The notes under the pieces: generated by a model
Seen by the model: the letters and a program-made list of their open reading frames with translations, nothing else
What the model was told of the DNA's origin: nothing
Database searches by the model: none
Shown: piece by piece, positions 1-8,884 of the stretch
How positions within the stretch are numbered: position 1 is the stretch's first letter
Layout of the letters: each line of letters begins with the position of its first letter
Source: a virus
Reading direction: 5' to 3' (one strand)
Virus record (IMG/VR): IMGVR_UViG_3300029827_000001
Coordinates: 1 to 64,000 of that record
DNA length: 64,000 nt
Position numbers and translations under genes: made by a program

Positions 1-42
1 ACAACCAACACATTGACGATATACCACTTCTCCCATATTTCC

Positions 43-444
43 TCACTCCTTCAATAACCTGCTCAATAAGATACCATCAAACCCAAGAAAAGAACTCTCC
101 TCTCCTCTAGCATTATGGAGAACTGAAAAGAATAAAGCAGATCTCCGAAACATTAAAACCGACCTTAAAAATTCTTCAAAGCTGTCAAACATAAAAATAT
201 ACACACTATTCTCAAGAACAGTCTTACAGAACTTAAGAGCTTCATTAACAATATGGTCGTCAATTGAAGCATCTGGTTCATGTAGACTCATCATCGCATT
301 AATCTCAAGAAATATAGCCTCATGAACTAAAGTTGAAGATATTCCAAACTCTTGCGAAACAGAATTACAGAATAACTCTGCTTGCGGAAAAAACTCAAAA
401 AAATACTTGCTCATCGAGGCTCCTATCTTTGATATAGAGGCCAT
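43..444 (-). CDS. hypothetical protein
   Basis: ORF in co-oriented cluster. Confidence 0.6.
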   Translation of the reverse strand: MASISKIGASMSKYFFEFFPQAELFCNSVSQEFGISSTLVHEAIFLEINAMMSLHEPDASIDDHIVNEALKFCKTVLENSVYIFMFDSFEEFLRSVLMFRRSALFFSVLHNARGEESSFLGFDGILLSRLLKE

Positions 445-447
445 AGT

Positions 448-873
448 TCATACTCCTTTCCTCATATTCCAAAGCTTCTCAGCACTTGTGGGACTCTTCG
501 CCCAACCACCCTGAGAAGCACAAGATATACATCTATAGTAATAAGCATATGCCTCAAAATCCTCATCCTTACAACCATCTCTGAGTTCTTTATCAAGCAT
601 AGCCTTACCCCCACAAAAAGGACAATTTTTTAAATCTCCCATAACGAGTTCTTTGCCTCCTATACACATTTGCTTTCTCACAAATCTTTTTTCACAGATC
701 TTACAGTTGGGTCCTTTCCTCTTTTCAGATACTAATTCAACAACAGTAGGATAACTTAAAACATACTTTTTACAGAGAGAACATGAAAGTCGGAGATCAT
801 CTGGTCTCCTAACGAATAGATGTCTAACTCTTGATGTAGTAGTATAAGCCCACCCAACTTTTACAGCTCTCAT
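448..873 (-). CDS. Zn-finger protein with C-terminal Lar-like (restriction alleviation) domain
   Basis: LKNCPFCGGKA...YRCISCASQG...AEKLWNMR. ATG at 873 preceded by GGGGGAGGG. Confidence 0.6.
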   Translation of the reverse strand: MRAVKVGWAYTTTSRVRHLFVRRPDDLRLSCSLCKKYVLSYPTVVELVSEKRKGPNCKICEKRFVRKQMCIGGKELVMGDLKNCPFCGGKAMLDKELRDGCKDEDFEAYAYYYRCISCASQGGWAKSPTSAEKLWNMRKGV

Positions 874-891
874 ACCAAACCCTCCCCCTAT

Positions 892-974
892 AAAAAAAGC
901 AGCAACCGAGAGGTCAGACGGGGGCACTCCTCCTTTCTTGGAAAAAAGAGGCAGTCTACCGCCTCGGTTGCTGC
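892..974 (-). terminator. long structured hairpin with U-tail (terminator or ncRNA)
   Basis: GCAGCAACCGAG (899-910) pairs with CTCGGTTGCTGC (963-974). Inner stems present. T7 follows on the minus strand. Confidence 0.6.
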
Positions 975-1000
975 AGAAATTAACTATTGTATCTCTACTT

Positions 1001-1252
1001 TTAGCCTCCCCTTTTTCTCTTCAATCTCAATGATTCCATTCGCAGAAAAACTAAGCAATAACCCACGGCAATACCAAGATATCCATAAACAACAGTCATC
1101 ATAACAAAGTTACCAACGCCAAGATTAGATCGAATAATTCCAATTATAATTGGAGATAAAAGAAGAAGAATAATAAAAAATAAATCTCTCAAAGACCAAA
1201 TCAAAGTAGAGATAGCAGCAAATATAATTATATGGTATGTACCTGGGTGCAT
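1001..1252 (-). CDS. small membrane protein
   Basis: Hydrophobic segments, GGAGG RBS. Confidence 0.7.
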   Translation of the reverse strand: MHPGTYHIIIFAAISTLIWSLRDLFFIILLLLSPIIIGIIRSNLGVGNFVMMTVVYGYLGIAVGYCLVFLRMESLRLKRKRGG

Positions 1253-1267
1253 GTTTAATCTACCTCC

Positions 1268-1528
1268 TTACTTACGATACCAAGGCACATATTTTCCATT
1301 ACTAGAGTTGTCTACTCTAATAATAGACCAATATGGAAACATGACTGATGTAGGAAGTCGTGGATTTCGATCAGCTGGATTCACAACATATGAAAGAGAT
1401 ACTCCTTCCTCCCCATAATATGCTTTTTCTGCCGTAACCCTTCTGACCTCACTACCATCCCAATAAGTTATCACAACCGCTAATGATAACATCATCAAAA
1501 AAGCGACCAGTTTCCTCAACTCGACCAC
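1268..1528 (-). CDS. hypothetical protein with N-terminal hydrophobic segment
   Basis: ORF, GGAGG RBS. Confidence 0.6.
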   Translation of the reverse strand: MVELRKLVAFLMMLSLAVVITYWDGSEVRRVTAEKAYYGEEGVSLSYVVNPADRNPRLPTSVMFPYWSIIRVDNSSNGKYVPWYRK

Positions 1529-1546
1529 CTCCTTTTCTCTTAATTT

Positions 1547-1882
1547 CTAATGATAACCAATTATCTCTGCCAGCGCCATATCAGACCCATCACTAATATC
1601 TTTTAACTTCTCAAGAAAGTCAGGCAAAGAATGTTCAAAATAAAACGAAGCAAAATCAAAACCTTTGACGTCAATAACTTTACTAGCAACAGAAGCAAGA
1701 AATTTTACCCCTTCTTCTCCACCCTCCTTATAAGCATTTGAACCTACCATCAACGAAAAAGCATAGTAGAATTTTCCGTACATATAAATAAAAAAAGGAA
1801 CTAAAGAAGGGTCAATTGAAAGTTCTTCAACTAAAGATGAAGCAAACTCAGCATACTCTTCTCTAATATTTGAAAAATCCAT
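1547..1882 (-). CDS. hypothetical protein
   Basis: Start moved to ATG 1882 (MDFSNIREE), which has an AAGGAGG RBS. Confidence 0.6.
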   Translation of the reverse strand: MDFSNIREEYAEFASSLVEELSIDPSLVPFFIYMYGKFYYAFSLMVGSNAYKEGGEEGVKFLASVASKVIDVKGFDFASFYFEHSLPDFLEKLKDISDGSDMALAEIIGYH

Positions 1883-1892
1883 TTGATCCTCC

Positions 1893-2090
1893 TTATAAAT
1901 CTGATGGTTTTCCAATGCCCGGAAAGTTAAAATCTCCTCTCCTAACAGCTTCTTGGTCAGCTTCAAGAGCTTCTTTAAATTTTGGGTGCTTTCTCTCCTT
2001 TTCTTCACACTCCATACATATATTATCTTCATTGAAATATGACATAATACTCATTCCAGTATCAGTTCCACACCGATCACATTTTGTCAT
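1893..2090 (-). CDS. small Zn-finger protein
   Basis: CDRC...CMEC pairs. Confidence 0.7.
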   Translation of the reverse strand: MTKCDRCGTDTGMSIMSYFNEDNICMECEEKERKHPKFKEALEADQEAVRRGDFNFPGIGKPSDL

Positions 2091-2095
2091 TTCTT

Positions 2096-2374
2096 TTAAC
2101 CCCTTTTATCAATAAAGACATCAATCGAAGCTAACTCCTTGATCATCTTAGTCAAGCGATCCTCATCTTGACCATAAAAAATTATGATCTCCAACCAGTC
2201 AAAACCCAACTCCTTTCCCTTAATAAAAATTGGATCTCCTTCTTTAAGTCTCCTAACATTTTCTTCAGTGATTCCTAAACCAATCAAAGTACTTCTATCT
2301 CCCATTGTAGTAAATTTAATCAATATTATCCTCCTCGCCCCAATTATAAGTATCATACATAAAGCAACAACCAT
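2096..2374 (-). CDS. hypothetical protein (start uncertain)
   Basis: ORF in co-oriented cluster. Confidence 0.55.
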   Translation of the reverse strand: MVVALCMILIIGARRIILIKFTTMGDRSTLIGLGITEENVRRLKEGDPIFIKGKELGFDWLEIIIFYGQDEDRLTKMIKELASIDVFIDKRG

Positions 2375-2573
2375 CTCGATGCCACTTTTTCCAAGGTTCA
2401 GTATACTGAGTGCACCTTAAACTTCCTCTTATTTTCTTCATATATGGACACCTGCGAGGACCCTCTGCGGGACATCTAGGAGTAATCTCGCCAAAAGTTC
2501 TGGGAGCTTCCGTATACTTTATCTCACTAGAATCAAGATCAGGCTTTTTAAATTTTCTAGATTTCTTTGCCAA
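2316..2573 (-). CDS. hypothetical Cys-rich protein
   Basis: ORF with GGAGG RBS. Confidence 0.55.
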   Translation of the reverse strand: MAKKSRKFKKPDLDSSEIKYTEAPRTFGEITPRCPAEGPRRCPYMKKIRGSLRCTQYTEPWKKWHRDGCCFMYDTYNWGEEDNID

Positions 2574-2582
2574 TTCTTCCTC

Positions 2583-2684
2583 CTACCACTTCGCACCAAA
2601 GAGTGGTCCAAGTGCCCAAATAAAAAGAAAAAAGAGGGCAACCATGATCAATGTTTCAATTATATGTCTTTTAAGTGATTTCAT
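2583..2684 (-). CDS. 33-aa membrane peptide (not in ORF track)
   Basis: MKSLKRHIIETLIMVALFFLFIWALGPLFGAKW, AAGGAGGG RBS. Confidence 0.55.
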   Translation of the reverse strand: MKSLKRHIIETLIMVALFFLFIWALGPLFGAKW

Positions 2685-2698
2685 GTTGCCCTCCTTTT

Positions 2699-3307
2699 TT
2701 ACTGAATCTCTTTAACTTTCTCATCCTTCTTCCCATTAGAACCTGTGTCGCCAGGTGACTGAATACCTCCTATGTCTCCCCCACCAATACCAGGACTAGG
2801 ACTACTTATTCCAGGAGAATTAGGATCTACTGGAGGTTTATCTCCAACACCCCCTTTCTCTAGTATGTCCTTAAATTGAGGTGGATTCTGAGGACCAGGT
2901 GTCTCCGGTTTATCTGTAGCTTGAGCGAGTTGAAGTGAACTTTCTTGTTGCCATATTAACCGAATATGTCTTTCTTCAGAGACAGTCATAACTACGTTGT
3001 TGGTATTCGAATCAATTACTATGACCTTTTTTGGATAATAAGCCCACGAAAGGTCGCCAGCAAAATCTAGTCTCTTCTGATTTTCAAGTTTAAAGTAATC
3101 CTCACCGATGTAAATATATACTTCCTTACCCCTAAAAAGAGTATCCTTGATAAGATATTGATAAGGAGATAATCTCTGCTCAACAGTCATAGTATCTGAA
3201 TTTCTAAGAGCACATCCAGGTACTAACATGAGAAGAGTCAGAAAGGATAACGCCAAAATGAGAGACACCAAAATTACTATAATAGGTGATGGTTTTCTAT
3301 CTAACAT
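2699..3307 (-). CDS. putative lipoprotein with Pro/Gly-rich tail
   Basis: Signal ending VPGC, low-complexity C-terminus. Confidence 0.65.
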   Translation of the reverse strand: MLDRKPSPIIVILVSLILALSFLTLLMLVPGCALRNSDTMTVEQRLSPYQYLIKDTLFRGKEVYIYIGEDYFKLENQKRLDFAGDLSWAYYPKKVIVIDSNTNNVVMTVSEERHIRLIWQQESSLQLAQATDKPETPGPQNPPQFKDILEKGGVGDKPPVDPNSPGISSPSPGIGGGDIGGIQSPGDTGSNGKKDEKVKEIQ

Positions 3308-3318
3308 AACCTCCTCCT

Positions 3319-3594
3319 CTAAGATCTAAGAACGACCTCATACTTACAATGTCTTTGACCTTTTCTAATATATGTTTCTGCTAATAAAATCTTGACACCT
3401 AGCGGGACAACCTTCTTACTAAAAAATCTTGCTCTCCTCGACCACTCTTCTGACCATATCTTAATCTGGACAGAAACTAAATCAACCTGTTTCTCTGGAG
3501 GTTCATTATTGTCAACTACAGCAATGAAAACAGGATCTAAATCAGAGAATTTCTCAATAATCTTTTCAGGTAATTTTTTATAAAAACTAGTCAT
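3319..3594 (-). CDS. hypothetical protein
   Basis: ORF, GGAGG RBS. Confidence 0.6.
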   Translation of the reverse strand: MTSFYKKLPEKIIEKFSDLDPVFIAVVDNNEPPEKQVDLVSVQIKIWSEEWSRRARFFSKKVVPLGVKILLAETYIRKGQRHCKYEVVLRS

Positions 3595-4075
3595 GACCTC
3601 CTACCTCCGTAAATCTCGCACCAAAACTTAAACCCATATCTTCAATTTTAACTCTTACATAAGTAGGTCTGACATTCGTAAAATAAGTTACTAATCTCTC
3701 CTCTCCAGGTTTAATTAAGCATGGATAAATACCTTTCTGAGTTACTCGGTCGTTTTCAGTAATTGAAGCATGGATAATCCCAGTAAAAACTTTCTCATCT
3801 CGATTAAGAACGGAGAAATAAACTTTATACCAAGCTTCCCGAATCCTCTTCACTGTTGCAACTCCCATACTCAGATTCATTGGTCTTATAGATTCAGTAA
3901 CTGGTTTAGAAATCTCAATAATCGGGACTTCCCTTGGTTTAACTTTTACTGGATCTAAAAGATAACCAATAAAAGAAATAATAACAAAAACAAATACTAA
4001 AAAGACAAAGATTTGAAGACCAGATAAACTCTTGTCTGCCTCGTATGATGTATACCTCCTATAACGTGGTCTCAT
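3587..4075 (-). CDS. membrane-anchored hypothetical protein
   Basis: One TM segment. Start moved to ATG 4075. Confidence 0.6.
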   Translation of the reverse strand: MRPRYRRYTSYEADKSLSGLQIFVFLVFVFVIISFIGYLLDPVKVKPREVPIIEISKPVTESIRPMNLSMGVATVKRIREAWYKVYFSVLNRDEKVFTGIIHASITENDRVTQKGIYPCLIKPGEERLVTYFTNVRPTYVRVKIEDMGLSFGARFTEVGGHD

Positions 4076-4090
4076 CTTTATTTCCTTTTT

Positions 4091-4172
4091 AAAAAAAGAA
4101 TCCCGCAGATAGGCATAATGTCTGGAAGGGCGCACATCTCCCAAACATTGAAGGAGAGTCCCATCTGCGGGA
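4091..4172 (-). terminator. long structured hairpin with U-tail (terminator or ncRNA)
   Basis: TCCCGCAGAT (4101-4110) pairs with ATCTGCGGGA (4163-4172). G-U extension on minus strand. T-run follows. Confidence 0.55.
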
Positions 4173-4182
4173 AGCTGGTTAG

Positions 4183-4827
4183 TTACAGTGGATCCCCTTG
4201 AGGACTACCATCTGTCCATAAAATTGGACCGACAATCACATTTTCAGTAATTGTCACAATTGGAGCCTTCAAAAGGTAAACTCCTTGAGTATCAGGATCT
4301 TGAAATCTTAAGTTCCCTCCAGCTTTATATAAGTCTATATCAGAGTCAGTCATGCGTGCTGGAAAGAAATAGAGAACTTTCCCTTCTGGAGAATAGACTC
4401 TAATATCAAGTCTTTGATCAAATTTCACATCCCCAGGAGGCATTATCTGATCTGAAGTTACCCCATAGTCAGCTTCGTCAACAACTTCAAGTGCATAACG
4501 ATACTCAAGCGGTTTAGCAATAATAATTGGAGCATCAAGCATTCCCTTCAAGGCATACGTACCCCCATACCGGAGTTTATCTCCATTTAAGAATGCCTGC
4601 TCATCCTCATCCACAACCCATGCTTTAGTATCCGCATGAAAGAATATATGACCTCCCTCAGTCAAACCGTATAGGTCAAACATACGAATACTTCTTGGAT
4701 AGTAGTTTGTGGAAATAGCAACAGTATTTTCATCGGATGCATAAGCATTCCCGTCAGAATTACTTGAGCATCCAAAACAGAATGCTAGAAATGTTATCAA
4801 GCATCCTATAATTAACATCCTCTTCAT
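4183..4827 (-). CDS. putative lipoprotein
   Basis: Signal ending CFGC-SS. Confidence 0.65.
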   Translation of the reverse strand: MKRMLIIGCLITFLAFCFGCSSNSDGNAYASDENTVAISTNYYPRSIRMFDLYGLTEGGHIFFHADTKAWVVDEDEQAFLNGDKLRYGGTYALKGMLDAPIIIAKPLEYRYALEVVDEADYGVTSDQIMPPGDVKFDQRLDIRVYSPEGKVLYFFPARMTDSDIDLYKAGGNLRFQDPDTQGVYLLKAPIVTITENVIVGPILWTDGSPQGDPL

Positions 4828-4926
4828 CGAAGTCCCTCCTTTTTTAAATTATATTGAGCGAGGATACACTTCAAGCCCGGTGCATTTCCCTAGTGCGCCA
4901 CCTCAGAACGAGGTGAAGACCTAACC

Positions 4927-5343
4927 TTATGGTTTTATCGCTCCTGGCGGAGGTTGAATACCCCACCTCATAAAATGTACCAGAGAACGACAGTTATGGA
5001 CAGCTTTTGCATTTGAATTTCTAGAACCATAACAATTCACAGAATAATAATAACCTCCCCCTTTAGTCTCTTTTCTTATAATAAGATAACCAATATTGGA
5101 AGAATTCTCAGGAGGCATAAAAGTTTGAATGGTATCATTCTCAACTTTCTGAACGCTAGTAGAACTGTAATTCACCAACCAGTTAATTGCTCTTGTCCAA
5201 ACTCTCTCCTCATCATCCTTTGACGCATAAAACTGAAAAGGTTCATATTGAATAGTATTAAGATACTTTATCCTTTCCTCTTTCCTTGCTGACGCGCAAC
5301 CTGCTATAACGAATATAAGTAAGATTAACATAAGTTTACGCAT
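4927..5343 (-). CDS. putative lipoprotein
   Basis: Lipobox IAGC. Confidence 0.7.
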   Translation of the reverse strand: MRKLMLILLIFVIAGCASARKEERIKYLNTIQYEPFQFYASKDDEERVWTRAINWLVNYSSTSVQKVENDTIQTFMPPENSSNIGYLIIRKETKGGGYYYSVNCYGSRNSNAKAVHNCRSLVHFMRWGIQPPPGAIKP

Positions 5344-5367
5344 AACATCCTCCTTTTAGTTTTTTAG

Positions 5368-5580
5368 TCACCTCCTCGTTAATATCTTTATTATTATCCA
5401 AAATACCACAATATTAAACCAAAACCAACCAGATAAGAAATATAGAAAAGATGTACCACCCTCAGCAAGATTAGTCCACGTCCATTTCTTTACAGGATGA
5501 TCATCTGGTAGAAGCGGTTTCATTATCCTCGCAATCAACCATGGAAATAAGACAAATATCTTCTTTAGCCATAGTTCCAT
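5368..5580 (-). CDS. small membrane protein
   Basis: Hydrophobic, Trp-rich. Confidence 0.6.
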   Translation of the reverse strand: MELWLKKIFVLFPWLIARIMKPLLPDDHPVKKWTWTNLAEGGTSFLYFLSGWFWFNIVVFWIIIKILTRR

Positions 5581-5774
5581 TACTCTGTCTCCGTGTCTTC
5601 CTCACGTTTAACTTCTCCCACACCAGCTTGAAAAACTCTTCTGCAATCAAAGCAGATAAAAAATATTGGAGTCTTCATTGGAACTGGATCTTTCTCAATT
5701 AATAAGTCAACATATTCTCCACAATATCTGCATATTGACTTATCACTTTTCTGTATTATATAGATAGGTATCAA
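5580..5774 (-). CDS. small Zn-ribbon protein
   Basis: CRYC...CFDC. Confidence 0.6.
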   Translation of the reverse strand: MIPIYIIQKSDKSICRYCGEYVDLLIEKDPVPMKTPIFFICFDCRRVFQAGVGEVKREEDTETE

Positions 5775-5804
5775 AGGAAATCTCCTTCTTAAAAGTGGAG
5801 GACA

Positions 5805-5913
5805 CTCGGGATCGTGGTTCCTAAAACCGTAACATACTCAGGGGATGACTAAGTATTCTGAAGAACAACCACTTTTCCTTTCTTCAGATTTTTTTAGGAT
5901 TTTCGATCCCGAG
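5805..5913 (-). ncRNA. putative structured intergenic RNA (three-way junction)
   Basis: Closing stem CTCGGGATCG/CGATCCCGAG, stem CCTAAAA/TTTTAGG, inner hairpins TCTGAAGAA/TTCTTCAGA and ATACTTAG/CTGAGTAT. Confidence 0.4.
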
Positions 5914-5921
5914 CGATTTGG

Positions 5922-6257
5922 TTAGAGCTTTCTATATTTGGGGGGCTTAAAAATATGCGTTGAGGAGGGTTCCATCGTACCAAGTGGACTCTGACCTTTC
6001 TCATACTTAATCCAAGTATCAGATCCACAAGGTCTCCAGTACTTGTACTCAGTAATAGACTGGGTTTGTGTTTTACCATCAACGATGGATGTACTATCTG
6101 TTGTCTGCATTTTAAACTCAATACAAGCACCGTCATCAACCTGAACTTGAAGCTGATTGCCTGACCCCTTAATTACAATATTCGCACTAGTATAACTAGA
6201 AAATAGAAAAATAGAAATAAGGGGAACTAAAAGTAACATCCTCTTCAATTTAATCAC
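5922..6257 (-). CDS. secreted hypothetical protein
   Basis: N-terminal signal peptide. Confidence 0.6.
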   Translation of the reverse strand: MIKLKRMLLLVPLISIFLFSSYTSANIVIKGSGNQLQVQVDDGACIEFKMQTTDSTSIVDGKTQTQSITEYKYWRPCGSDTWIKYEKGQSPLGTMEPSSTHIFKPPKYRKL

Positions 6258-6709
6258 CTCCTTTCTTCTATGATTTCTGCTTCTTCGACCGGCTCCTTAA
6301 CCGGTTGTAGTATATTAACGTTACTGTGATACTCATACTCCTTTATCCAAATGTGACAATTTTTAAGTTCTTCTTCAAAACCAAACTCTTCCATTATTGA
6401 AGTTAATACTTCTTCTTTTGGTATCGCTCTAGTCCCAGAAATGCTAACAGAAAGGTGTTTAGACAAACCAATAGGATGTTCTTCAATTGAGTAAACTATT
6501 ACAAAATTGAACATACCAACTAGTCGAGACTTATCTTTCTCCAATAAATGGTAACCTCCCTTATCCAGCATGTCTTGTAACTTTTCACTAGTAATAATAT
6601 TTTTTTCAGCATATTTCTTGATATGCTTTATCTCATTTCTTGTATATTCATCAAATATAATCTTTCTTGGACTGGTTCTTCGCTTAAACCTCTTAAGAGC
6701 TTCTGTCAT
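6254..6709 (-). CDS. hypothetical protein
   Basis: ORF, HLSVS motif. Confidence 0.65.
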   Translation of the reverse strand: MTEALKRFKRRTSPRKIIFDEYTRNEIKHIKKYAEKNIITSEKLQDMLDKGGYHLLEKDKSRLVGMFNFVIVYSIEEHPIGLSKHLSVSISGTRAIPKEEVLTSIMEEFGFEEELKNCHIWIKEYEYHSNVNILQPVKEPVEEAEIIEERR

Positions 6710-6914
6710 TTTTCCTTCCCGGTTCTATTGGTTTAAAATCAATACTATCGTATGGATGAGGGTTCTTAATTCGTCCCTCTAAAAATTCTCTCCGTTTCTT
6801 GTCTAATTCCTCATCTCTTTGCTTCTTCAATAAAACATAGTAGATATATCCAAAGATGCAAGAGGCAATAACCACAACCCCTATAATGATAAGGAACTCC
6901 TTCAAAAGGTCCAT
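6693..6914 (-). CDS. small membrane protein
   Basis: Single TM segment. Confidence 0.6.
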   Translation of the reverse strand: MDLLKEFLIIIGVVVIASCIFGYIYYVLLKKQRDEELDKKRREFLEGRIKNPHPYDSIDFKPIEPGRKNDRSS

Positions 6915-6925
6915 AATCTATCCCT

Positions 6926-8368
6926 CTAAAAATCTGAGTTCATTAATTGCTGCATTTCAGTAAATTCTTCTTCTAACTTATCTGCAAAATACAAACTATA
7001 AAATCTTATCATATCATCCTCTATCTTTGACAATGGAATTCCAACCAACCTCTGGCCATCAAAAATATTACAAAAACTGACCCTAGAAATCCTTCCAACA
7101 AAGTAACTTAAAACTTTATGCGGATATAACTTTGTTCTAAAACCATAAAAATTATCCATCTCATTCTGTATATTTATATAGTTGTGAATCCCCTTCAACT
7201 TATATGTAGTTGTCACTGAAGGTTGCTCAAGTGGATAGTAATCAAGCAAAGAAAATAAATTCTTATACTGTCCCTTAAATACCCTCTTAAGCAAACCATT
7301 CAAATATACAGAAAGAACTGCTGCATGCTCAGGAGAAATTGTCTTAAAATGGATATATGGTATATTTGTCAATCTTGACAGAATAGGAAAAACCAAACAC
7401 TCACAAAGAGGTGATACAAACTTTATTTGACCTACTCTGTTCTGAAAATCAACGATTGAACTATCTGAGTTTGTTTTTTCATCGAAAACGGAAATTGTTG
7501 GTCTCTCAATAGAGTTGTATATTTGATCATACGCAATCCCTTTCAACCTACCCAACGTATCGTTATATGAGTAGGTCTTAAGATTATTCACGCTCTGTGA
7601 GTGAATATCTTCAGTTGCAACGGAATCATCATAAATAATTGATCCTTTATAAACTGATCTCAGAAACCACTTCACAGATTCATCAACCACTCCGACAAAA
7701 TAGGTAATCGGATTCCGCCCATCACAAAGAACAAGAATTGAGTTCATAATAAAATTAAATATCTCAATCACATGAACGTCAATTCCCTTTCCTTGTATCA
7801 TTTTGATATAATCCCACATATACCTGTCTGTAAGATTATATCGAAAGGTTTTTGTCTTAATTACATTAAAAATCTTAAAAACAATCTCAGTAGCCAAAAT
7901 GTCATCCGCAAATAAGTTATAAATCTTCTTATGCAATCTATCACTTAACCTCAAATTCTCACTGTTTGAAATAATTGCATATAGTTTTAAGTAGTTTGAC
8001 AACTGAACTATCCTCTGAATCTCATCAGCAGTAAATAAAATTGAAGTCTTCTTTGCCTTTGACTCATCAACAAACTGGTTAAAATCCACGTTTTCTATGC
8101 TCATCGTCATATCTACGTATTTCTTAATCATCGGAACATTCTCAGAAAGGTAAACGTATCTCTTCTCTGGATTACCAATGTACTCAGAAAGAAATTTACC
8201 AAACCAACTATCAAAGTCTTGACCACAGAGAGAAGAAACACTTTCAATAAAAGTCGTAACTACATCAAACTTATTCGTTATTGAAGATGACATTAAGTCA
8301 AGACGAAAGTCACTATCTCCAATAGTGAGAATCCAACTTTTTGAGTCTTCCTGAGTGAAATTTATCAA
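6926..8368 (-). CDS. putative sigma-like promoter-specificity subunit of phage non-virion RNA polymerase (AR9 gp226-like)
   Basis: 480 aa. Central KIFNVIKTKTFRYNLTDRYMWDYIK...NPITYFVGVVDESVKW segment recalls AR9 gp226 (from memory). The cognate AACA-N6-TA motif occurs in the window. Confidence 0.55.
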   Translation of the reverse strand: MINFTQEDSKSWILTIGDSDFRLDLMSSSITNKFDVVTTFIESVSSLCGQDFDSWFGKFLSEYIGNPEKRYVYLSENVPMIKKYVDMTMSIENVDFNQFVDESKAKKTSILFTADEIQRIVQLSNYLKLYAIISNSENLRLSDRLHKKIYNLFADDILATEIVFKIFNVIKTKTFRYNLTDRYMWDYIKMIQGKGIDVHVIEIFNFIMNSILVLCDGRNPITYFVGVVDESVKWFLRSVYKGSIIYDDSVATEDIHSQSVNNLKTYSYNDTLGRLKGIAYDQIYNSIERPTISVFDEKTNSDSSIVDFQNRVGQIKFVSPLCECLVFPILSRLTNIPYIHFKTISPEHAAVLSVYLNGLLKRVFKGQYKNLFSLLDYYPLEQPSVTTTYKLKGIHNYINIQNEMDNFYGFRTKLYPHKVLSYFVGRISRVSFCNIFDGQRLVGIPLSKIEDDMIRFYSLYFADKLEEEFTEMQQLMNSDF

Positions 8369-8883
8369 GATTCCTTCCTCCTCTTGAATTTAGAAATCAC
8401 ATTTTTAAGTGAATTAAGTTTTGATTTTTTCTTTCCAATCTCTTTATCAACTTGTGCTCGTTTGCTAGTACTTGAAAAAATCTTTACCCTACTCTCAAGG
8501 CGATCTCTTTTATACTCAAAGTATAACTGAGCATCAACTGGATCTGTAATCCTGGCAAGAACTTCTCGATCACTCCTAATTAGGGTACAATAATTCAATG
8601 CCCATTCAGAATCAACAATTCTTTCTCTTACATCAGGCAGATCTTCAACATGCTGACAAAACATATAAGCCCACTTTGAAGTCGTGATCATATTTATTAA
8701 ATCTAAATCGAATTCTTTACCATCTTCTTTAAGTTTGAGACACTGGTAATATGCCCATTGAGAAATGGCATCTTCACTAACCCACAACTTGGTCTCACGA
8801 AGCATTGGATAAACATCATCTTCTAACATTCCATATTTCATCATATTCTTACGTTCTTTTGCTTCACGATCTTCATCAGACAT
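8365..8883 (-). CDS. tandem-repeat protein (SxWAxxYC repeats)
   Basis: ~23-aa repeats, paralog of 8885..9235. Confidence 0.7.
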   Translation of the reverse strand: MSDEDREAKERKNMMKYGMLEDDVYPMLRETKLWVSEDAISQWAYYQCLKLKEDGKEFDLDLINMITTSKWAYMFCQHVEDLPDVRERIVDSEWALNYCTLIRSDREVLARITDPVDAQLYFEYKRDRLESRVKIFSSTSKRAQVDKEIGKKKSKLNSLKNVISKFKRRKES

Positions 8884-8884
8884 T

